IMG/VR virus record: IMGVR_UViG_3300032322_001517
Span: 41,665 to 105,664 of that record
Strand: one strand, 5' to 3'
DNA length: 64,000 nucleotides
Source: a virus
Positions 57,401 through 64,000 of this stretch are shown here, in pieces (within the stretch, counting starts at the first letter, position 1; every line of letters starts with the position of its first letter). The position numbers were made by a program, and so were the translations under genes. The notes below the pieces were generated by a model. That model was not told where the DNA came from, did no database searches, and worked only from the letters and a program-made list of their open reading frames with translations.

Positions 57401-57685
57401 AGTAATAGTTACTAAATTTGAGCTACTGTATGTAAAAGCTACGTTTGAAACTACTAGTAGTGTATTAGAAGTTACAACATTACCGCCTCTTAATCCATTA
57501 ACAGCAAATAAAGTTGTAGAACCAAATATACCGTTTACTGTACCATTGCCTGAGGTAAACCCTCCAACTACAGAATTTGCAGTTGTAACAGCGTTAGCTG
57601 AAATTATAGAAGCTATTTGATTTGTTCTAGCTAACCAAGTGCCAAAACTTTGAGAATTTGTAACTGGTGTTACTGAAACTGACAT
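54410..57685 (-). CDS. Repeat-rich tail fibre / structural protein
   Basis: Tandem 12-aa VTGAATFSNTLG repeats; C-terminal YRSADY.IQ...VVHNG domain. Confidence 0.8.
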   Translation of the reverse strand: MSVSVTPVTNSQSFGTWLARTNQIASIISANAVTTANSVVGGFTSGNGTVNGIFGSTTLFAVNGLRGGNVVTSNTLLVVSNVAFTYSSSNLVTITGNTTSTNVNFIVDNLSVNTTSNSYFNVNNFSILSTNTNIVSSVLTVNAGSSFLTGNTSLKANSSYTMFVANGNALTITANATTTNIYSNVTISGTNFTTNANTTLNGLVETTGNTTVSARLTVTGNATFSNSVITTGNAIFSNTIAVTGNSTFSNTVAVTGNAQFSNTLAVTGNAQFSNTLNVTGLFTGSGGATITGTTNTSVALNVGANINLTTADFTIGNTTVNTYANSSQLRIGNSTVNTVISGASIDTDATLAVLNSVTFSNTLLVSGLITGSGGASITGTTNTSVALNVGANLNINTSSLSLGDAISSVFANSTIIRTGNSTVNTVISAAAVSTNGTLAVTGATTLSNTLGVTGAATFSNTLGVTGTVTLSNTIGVTGAATFSNTLGVTGAATLSNTLSVTGNTQLSIANISSTFGVNGAVTIANTLQVDSNITGSANLTIAASANVATIINVGANASVNTSALRVGNSVSNTTVLVSGITVGNAVFSFINSTAISTNGTLSVTGATTLSNTLGVTGATNLNSTLGVSGLITASDGALITGTTNTSVALNVGANVNLTTSSITVGNTTVNTFANSTVVRIGNSTVNTVISAAAVSTNGTLAVTGATTLSNTLGVTGAVTLSNTLGVTGLFTGSGGASITGTTNTSVALNVGANINLTTAALTIGNTTVNTFANSTIIRVGNSTVFTNISSISITTNGVFSASGNASVGGILTVSGNASITGSLLVSGNQTIVGTTLYDADLVPSTNGINLGNTTNRWQLFANSGTFTTGISVATGNTNFNSGILFVDATNSRVGVSNTNPGSKLSISGGNVAITTVGSGIVFPDSSFLSTAVVVAGSDTQVQFNDAGVLGAAAGFVYNKSSNNATVANNFIATRGLISNTVTLNSVSHSVTSSFSFSSTAETTVDTFSVSTYRSADYSIQMTDTATNSYSIARILVVHNGTEPYSTQFGSISTNNTLCAFRTTISGGNINLLGTPTTSTVSVKVHKVLITV
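55434..56580. repeat. Exact 64-nt internal duplication (55434-55497 = 56517-56580) plus other near-exact repeats
   Basis: Direct sequence comparison. Confidence 0.85.
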
Positions 57686-57895
57686 TTACTTACGATCCAT
57701 TAATTGTAAAAGAAGTTGTTTAATTTCTGATATGTCTTTTTTAATTTCTTCATGCTCCGAAATTACTTTTTGCATTTGAACAAATCTTTCTCTTTCTTGT
57801 TTGTATTTATTCAATGCATCATTATTCACATTTAGGATAGCATTAGATTTGCTATCCCTAACAAGGTTCGGTTCATCAGTTACTTTTATATACAT
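57686..57895 (-). CDS. Small conserved structural-module protein
   Basis: LVRD..S.AILN...EIK.LL pattern typical after DUF4815 genes. Confidence 0.75.
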   Translation of the reverse strand: MYIKVTDEPNLVRDSKSNAILNVNNDALNKYKQERERFVQMQKVISEHEEIKKDISEIKQLLLQLMDRK

Positions 57896-60800
57896 TATAC
57901 ACTCACAGCAATAGCTCTGTAATCTTGAATTCTAGGTACAATACTAGAATCGCTAGAAAGCAATACTATTTTTACAGCAAAAGATTTGTAAGTATCAAAT
58001 ATTTGGCCAGCTTCATTAGTATATCTAATAATGTTATTATTATTAGTATTCAAGTATGCAGTTTTATCGATAGGAGCAGTGTTAGGCACATTATACACAT
58101 ATTCGATAAAATCATAAGCATTAGCTTTGCTACTTACCAAAGTATTTTCTGTATATAACTGAGTCCATTCCTTGTCTTCGAATACTTCGCTATCAGTAGA
58201 ATTCCAGAATTTAGCGAATACAAGAATATTCGTAGAAGCTGGCTTATAAGCTGCAACGTAAATTTTCAAATCTTCAGCGTCTTGTCCGTCAGCAAGGATA
58301 ACCTTTTTCGAAATATATCGAGAAAATGATACGCCACCATCTGCTGATTTTTCAGACAATAGAACTGAAGTAGAAGTTTCTACAGAAGCAGCATTAGCAA
58401 CAACGTTAGCTGCAGTATTGCTTATATTTTTAATTGTATTATTATTACCAAAATTAGCAGTTGCGACTGATCCTTGATCGACGATAATACGACCATTCGC
58501 GCCACCATCATTAACTGCGTAAATAACTGTACCATTGGCGTTAGTAGTTAAATCTTTTACTACATCTCCAATGTTAAAGACGCCATTAGCAGTATTGTAT
58601 ATAATTAAAGCGCCAGTGTTTGCGTCATAATTTACAATATTTCCAATAACTTCCGCTGCAGCTTTTACAGTGTCTATGACAGGAGAATTTTTTTCTGAAG
58701 TAGATACCATAGAAAGAGACATCTTAAATGACTTATTGCCACTGTTATTTAAAATTTCGTTTGTACGACTCATGACAACTCTTTCTTTGTCAATAAATGT
58801 CGTAGATTGTTCGAATGATAAATTAGTATCAGAAGTATCGTTTACAAGATTATTAGAAATACCTCTAACAGCAAGACCTAAACTTGTACCTTGAGGGACG
58901 CTAGTAGCAAATTTAGGCATAACTACACTGTAGTGCCTGTTGTTAACCGACACAATTCTTACAGAAGCTCCAGAGCTTTCAGCTATCACATAAGCATTTG
59001 GTGTTAGATATGACGTTGAATTAGCAGTAGAGTTTCCAATTACCATATATCCATTAGATACATTGATAGTTTTCGCGGTACCGGTAAATCCACCATTACC
59101 ACTAAGAACACCAACTTTAGTATCAATATCTGTAAATGTAGGCGCAGTGTTTATAACAAATGCGCTAGAATTGGTAACAGAAACAACATTTCTAACTATA
59201 GAATTAATACCAGTATTGCTTTGTAGATAAACCTTAGTGTTTGAGCTAAATCCTGCGGTATTAACATTTGTTACAAGAGTGCTGGTTGAGGAAACATTAC
59301 CTGTGTTTGTAATTCTATTGTTTGAGAAGTATACTCTTTCTTCTGCGCCAAACGAACCTAAGATAGAATCAACTGTTAAATACTCAGCATCATCATTGTT
59401 AAGAACACAAGTTGCACTTAATGGAGAAAATGATGCTCTATTGATAGAAAACTTAATGTCTTCTTTTTGATATGGCGTCCAAGTTTTGTTGTCAGAACTG
59501 GTAAACATAACGCCAACGCCGCTATTATTAAAAATAGGCGATTTAGTAGCAATATCTACTTTGCCGAGTTCAGAAACCCAAATTGCATAATTAGGATTGT
59601 TACCATCAGGCTTAAGACAGAAAGCGTAACTGTTATTGTTTTCTAAGAAAACAGGAGCATCAAAGGTAAATCTAGTTCTAGTGCTACCATCTGCTGAAAC
59701 ATTTATTTCTGACGAAGACAAATGTTTAACGCTGAATGGAATTACGTTATAACCTGGAAAACCATTTATAACATTTCTTATTTCTAATGTCACGCCTAAA
59801 TTTGGATCTTTAGTATTGAAGAAAACGTCAATAGAAGTTATATGAATTCCTGGTATAACGTTTGGCTCTTTAACTGAAAATGTTTGAAGTATAGGATCAT
59901 TGTCTCCAGGGTTCCATCCACCGCCGTCGCCATCATCGCCACCATCGATACTGATTATATTAAATTCCCAATTAGTTTCTGTATCAACAGTAGTGATAGT
60001 TCTATCATCAGTAACATTATCTACAGTTACCTGAGCTTCAGTAGTATTCAATGTGATATTATTTTGGGCATAAGAAACGTTTGAACCAAAATATCTACTG
60101 GTCGCAAAAGACTGTATATTGTCTCCAAACAATGTGAGGTTAGATACGTCGACAAGCTTGAAAGTTCTTTCGCCGACAAAGAATGTGTTTGCTGGTATAG
60201 CAAACACACCAAACAATGTGCCTTCAGACGAAGATTGTAATACACTAGCAGAGGCTGCAGGAACGAAATTACTATCTGTTTTTAAGCAGTATATCGAAAC
60301 TGGAATGTCATCAAAAAACGCATAAAAGATAGTATTCGGCTTGAGACCGAAGGCAGTAAACTTAACTAATTTAGGTCTCAAATAAGGCTGAATATTCAAA
60401 TCTGTAAGATATGAACCAAATTCGTAAACATTTTGAGTATTGTTTACAGAAAGTTGTGTTCCTGCATTTGTTTGAGCAGAGGTCGTAGTAGTTGTGGTGG
60501 TTGTGGAAGTTGCAGAAGTAGTAACAGATGCACCACCACCGCCAGTAACTGTTGATAAAGTTGTATCAACTTGTGTAGAAGAATTTGTGCTAGAAGAAAC
60601 TTCTTCCCAACCTCCCCACTGAGTACCCCAAGCCTCTTGAAGGTTTAACCAATTAGAGTACAGATCAAGATTTACTGTGACTGCAGGATTAATAGTAATA
60701 TCAGGCGCAAAATCGCCTTCTGGGTTTAGTAATACTGTTCCATTCCAAACATAATTAACATCTTGAGAGCAATTTCTTACTTTGCTGGCAAATGGTTGAC

Positions 60801-63800
60801 TGATATATTTTTCAACTTGAGTATAAGCCAATGATATAAGTCTTCCGTTATTAGAAATTGTTGTGCCGCTACTCAAACCTGAATTGTATTCAGAGTCAGT
60901 TAAGGTTGTTTGGAAAAATGGTCTGGCTTCTGTTTCTTTAGAATCGATAGCGATTTTGTATTGGGGATCTAAAGTGTTACCAATATCATGACCGATGAAA
61001 GCGTCAGCCAAAATACCATGCTGGAATCGATTTCCTCCAGTTGAACTAGGTATCAACAAGCTCTTTGTTGATAGTTCTAGAGTGCTCAAAGATGTATAAT
61101 ATTCCAATTGAGTGATACGGCGATCAAGTGTGCCGATATCTCTCATAGTATATCTACGATTCTTATAATAAGTTAAATTTGTTGTAATATCATATCTTCC
61201 GCTTGAGCGAGCCTCTGATGGAGAAAGAGATGGATATGGCGGAATGTTAACTACTGCAAGACTCATCATATTAGGAATATCTTGCGGTATGGTTGGGGTT
61301 TCGCTCGGAGCGCCTTCTAGAACCTTAACATTACCTCTGGGATCTATACCAATTTTATCGAATCTGCCAACATAATATTGAAGGTCGGCTTCGAATGAAG
61401 AATCTGGTGTTGGCGTAAACCCTGTAGTCAATGCATTAAATGTTACATTGTTTGATGGATTGACTGTAGCAGACGCGTCTGAAGTAGTATATACTGCTGT
61501 ATTAGTAGTATATACTCTAAAATCGATAGAACTTCTAAGATCGCGAGCTCCCGAAGAGGGCGATTGATAAATTTGTATGTTTTGAGTTAGAATAGTATTA
61601 GCGGTAACACCAGTATCATCTATAGGATAAGAGTCAATACTGAAATAACCGATACCTTGAGATGCATCTACTTGGAATGCATCTAGTTCTACTAAAATTT
61701 TAGAAGCTGAAGGTAAAGAAGCTCCTGACTTTAATCTTAACTGAGCTAAGTCATAAAACGCATCTTTTTGACCGTTATCTAAAATAAAAGAACTAAGAAG
61801 GTCAGGATTAGAATTTGAGTAAGTAGAACCAACATATACGTGCTTCAAACGAAGAACATCTGGATAACCAAGGCACCATGGGCCAGTTGTACCGCTGTTA
61901 GCTGTATCGATTTTTACTTTGGTATCAACATAAAGAGTTTTTCTTAATGGGTTAGCTGTTGTTCTACGAACGTCGTAGTATACTTGAGCGTTAAAAGATG
62001 TATTAAAATTTTTACCAAGGTAAATTGATGCGCTTGTAGAAGAAGCAATGTTAATATAAGCACCATTTAAAGTTGATGTATTAATAACATCTCCTGGAAC
62101 AATAGACCAAGACACATTAGCTCCTGACCAAGGATTAGTTAAGTTTGTAGCTAATTCTAAGCTAGTAGCACTATTAATTTTACTAATTTTTTTAACTTCA
62201 TTAACTGTGCTGTTACCTATTCTAATAGAAAGTCCAACAGATAAATCATCAGTAAAGTTAGTTGATACACCTATCAAAGCATTCGCAGTAGTGTTAGAAA
62301 CAGAACCTGAGATATTGGCGCTGGTTGCAGGAGTTGTTGCAACAATAATAAACTTTTCTTCGTTAGTATTACTCAACACTCCAGTGCCATACGGGAACTG
62401 ATTGATGCCACCAGTTCTACTAGGTATAGTTATAACCGCATTGCCAGAAGACGCGAATACTACAGTATTTGAAGTTCTGAAGTCAAATTCTGCTTGGTTG
62501 TTAGCGCCGAATGCGTATAGAGTTTTTACAGCTTTTTGATTAAATGGATAAGTAAGTGCTTGTAAATTTGGCTCTTTTAATACAGCCACACCACTTTCTA
62601 ATACTAAATCAGCAAAACCTTTGTTTGAAGAACTGTCGATAGCATACAAACTTCTAACTGAATAAAAATTTTGACCGCTATTCATTTTAATATTAAAGAG
62701 GTAAATTCTATAGACAGAAGAGGCTGAACCTGGAGTACCGTCATCTAGTTGAATCGCGAGTATGTTAGCAGTGCCAATTTCAGAACCAGCTGCTGAAAGA
62801 CCATTGACTGAAGTACCAATACCAACTGTTGATGTTACAGCTGTAGCTGCAGAGCTTCTTAGAGAAACATATTGTAAACCATTAGTATTAAAGATACCTG
62901 CATATTCTTTAACGAATACATAGCTACCCAAAGTTGTAGTTAAAACTTGTTGATTCAATGACTTTACGTCAGTTCCTCTGCGAACTGAGTTTACAAGTTT
63001 ACCGATAGTTTCAACTCTGTAACCGTTGACATATGCAAGACCAGGGTCAATTTCTAATTTAAGTAGATCAGCGACAATGTCGTTATTAGCGTCAACTTTT
63101 CTGCCAAGACGAATGTTAAAAGGTTTGATAATATAATTACCGCTTTCGTCCATAGTTCTTTGTGCTAACTGTTTACCCAAGCTTGAATAGTTTGGGTCAG
63201 TACGTACTATAGATGGACTTCCCTCAGCGAAATCAACAATAGAAAAGAAAGTTTCAGTATTTGAAGTGTCTAAAGTTCCTCTTGACACTAGAGTAGGTGT
63301 CAACTTTAATCTGTGCGCGCCAGGAGCAGAAAAATTAGGAGCTCCTGCTGCATTATCTAGCAATGATGTATTAGATTCAGGAGTTTCAATAGTTTCGATA
63401 GTTTTGTAACCTACAGAAACACCATCTGGTCTATTACTGTATTTTGTTAAAATTAAACTTTGTGGGGCTGTTGCTATAAAATAACCTTTTTGAAAAATAA
63501 CGCCCTCTTGAGCATGGACAATATATCCTGAGCCTGTTGGATTACTATTGCCAGAAACAGCGTTACTAGCTACAGTTACGCTGCCAATTAAGTTATTTGA
63601 GCTAGTAAAAATTGAAATAGTTTCTTGTGGAAAAAATACGTTTTGTGTGCCATCATCAGAAGAGCTAGTGTATTTTACATAAAGAGTGTTAAGATCAGGC
63701 GATCTAGCTAATGATCCTTGAGAAACATTTATGATAACAGCATTAACGTTTGCTGAGTTCCTAGCATAAAATCCATTAAGGTCAGAAACAGTTAGAGCTG

Positions 63801-64000
63801 TACCGTTTGAATATGTATCAGTGATTTTAATATAAGATACATTGTTATCAAAAGAAAGTTGGCAACCTTCAACTACAGAACCTTCAGTAAAAATTTGTCG
63901 ACCAAATTTGTTAATTTGGTCTTGTTGAATAGACTGAGACTCGTTAAGCTCTCTAGTTTGTACTGCAACGGATGGTCTATAAAGAACTTGGTAATGATCG
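57895..64000 (-). CDS. Large DUF4815-type virion structural protein (5'-partial)
   Basis: Frame stays open to the window end and reads QVLYRPSVAVQTRELNESQ...FGRQIFTEGS; APGAHRLK, RTMDESGNY, RRYTMRDIG.L..RI..LEYY. Confidence 0.88.
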   Translation of the reverse strand, partial: DHYQVLYRPSVAVQTRELNESQSIQQDQINKFGRQIFTEGSVVEGCQLSFDNNVSYIKITDTYSNGTALTVSDLNGFYARNSANVNAVIINVSQGSLARSPDLNTLYVKYTSSSDDGTQNVFFPQETISIFTSSNNLIGSVTVASNAVSGNSNPTGSGYIVHAQEGVIFQKGYFIATAPQSLILTKYSNRPDGVSVGYKTIETIETPESNTSLLDNAAGAPNFSAPGAHRLKLTPTLVSRGTLDTSNTETFFSIVDFAEGSPSIVRTDPNYSSLGKQLAQRTMDESGNYIIKPFNIRLGRKVDANNDIVADLLKLEIDPGLAYVNGYRVETIGKLVNSVRRGTDVKSLNQQVLTTTLGSYVFVKEYAGIFNTNGLQYVSLRSSAATAVTSTVGIGTSVNGLSAAGSEIGTANILAIQLDDGTPGSASSVYRIYLFNIKMNSGQNFYSVRSLYAIDSSSNKGFADLVLESGVAVLKEPNLQALTYPFNQKAVKTLYAFGANNQAEFDFRTSNTVVFASSGNAVITIPSRTGGINQFPYGTGVLSNTNEEKFIIVATTPATSANISGSVSNTTANALIGVSTNFTDDLSVGLSIRIGNSTVNEVKKISKINSATSLELATNLTNPWSGANVSWSIVPGDVINTSTLNGAYINIASSTSASIYLGKNFNTSFNAQVYYDVRRTTANPLRKTLYVDTKVKIDTANSGTTGPWCLGYPDVLRLKHVYVGSTYSNSNPDLLSSFILDNGQKDAFYDLAQLRLKSGASLPSASKILVELDAFQVDASQGIGYFSIDSYPIDDTGVTANTILTQNIQIYQSPSSGARDLRSSIDFRVYTTNTAVYTTSDASATVNPSNNVTFNALTTGFTPTPDSSFEADLQYYVGRFDKIGIDPRGNVKVLEGAPSETPTIPQDIPNMMSLAVVNIPPYPSLSPSEARSSGRYDITTNLTYYKNRRYTMRDIGTLDRRITQLEYYTSLSTLELSTKSLLIPSSTGGNRFQHGILADAFIGHDIGNTLDPQYKIAIDSKETEARPFFQTTLTDSEYNSGLSSGTTISNNGRLISLAYTQVEKYISQPFASKVRNCSQDVNYVWNGTVLLNPEGDFAPDITINPAVTVNLDLYSNWLNLQEAWGTQWGGWEEVSSSTNSSTQVDTTLSTVTGGGGASVTTSATSTTTTTTTTSAQTNAGTQLSVNNTQNVYEFGSYLTDLNIQPYLRPKLVKFTAFGLKPNTIFYAFFDDIPVSIYCLKTDSNFVPAASASVLQSSSEGTLFGVFAIPANTFFVGERTFKLVDVSNLTLFGDNIQSFATSRYFGSNVSYAQNNITLNTTEAQVTVDNVTDDRTITTVDTETNWEFNIISIDGGDDGDGGGWNPGDNDPILQTFSVKEPNVIPGIHITSIDVFFNTKDPNLGVTLEIRNVINGFPGYNVIPFSVKHLSSSEINVSADGSTRTRFTFDAPVFLENNNSYAFCLKPDGNNPNYAIWVSELGKVDIATKSPIFNNSGVGVMFTSSDNKTWTPYQKEDIKFSINRASFSPLSATCVLNNDDAEYLTVDSILGSFGAEERVYFSNNRITNTGNVSSTSTLVTNVNTAGFSSNTKVYLQSNTGINSIVRNVVSVTNSSAFVINTAPTFTDIDTKVGVLSGNGGFTGTAKTINVSNGYMVIGNSTANSTSYLTPNAYVIAESSGASVRIVSVNNRHYSVVMPKFATSVPQGTSLGLAVRGISNNLVNDTSDTNLSFEQSTTFIDKERVVMSRTNEILNNSGNKSFKMSLSMVSTSEKNSPVIDTVKAAAEVIGNIVNYDANTGALIIYNTANGVFNIGDVVKDLTTNANGTVIYAVNDGGANGRIIVDQGSVATANFGNNNTIKNISNTAANVVANAASVETSTSVLLSEKSADGGVSFSRYISKKVILADGQDAEDLKIYVAAYKPASTNILVFAKFWNSTDSEVFEDKEWTQLYTENTLVSSKANAYDFIEYVYNVPNTAPIDKTAYLNTNNNNIIRYTNEAGQIFDTYKSFAVKIVLLSSDSSIVPRIQDYRAIAVSV

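Noticed and set aside
42597-57685. Possible diversity-generating retroelement or CRISPR array among the repeats
   Set aside because: Repeats are in-frame protein modules. No adenine-specific TR/VR pattern, no reverse transcriptase and no repeat-spacer periodicity.
3417-62401. Numerous other short plus-strand and nested alternative-frame ORFs
   Set aside because: They lie wholly opposite or inside well-supported minus-strand genes and show no motifs.

Overview
This 64-kb window comes from a T4-like myovirus. Its gene order resembles cyanomyoviruses and phiM12/Cr30-type phages, and the host is plausibly a proteobacterium (inferred, not proven). Almost everything is on the minus strand. In transcription order (right to left) it holds: a partial DUF4815-type structural protein; a block of Asn/Thr-rich tail-fibre genes; an AT-rich accessory island with four PP-loop/asparagine-synthetase-like proteins, two TctC/Bug solute-binding proteins and a sterol-desaturase-like gene; gp13, a Seg-like GIY-YIG endonuclease and gp14-gp23; gp3, uvsY, uvsW, gp55, gp47, gp46 and def; a DNA-hypermodification locus; gp45, gp44, gp62 and regA; small early genes; and a cluster of 9 tRNAs that also carries a carbamoyltransferase and several structured non-tRNA RNAs. 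The strongest candidates for new biology are: (1) a TET/JBP dioxygenase plus glycosyltransferase pair whose C-termini look like sliding-clamp-binding motifs, lying next to gp45 with no DNA methyltransferase in the window; (2) the PP-loop/TctC/desaturase island; (3) unnamed structured RNAs at both ends of the tRNA operon. All protein calls come from motif recognition and synteny by eye; no database search was run.
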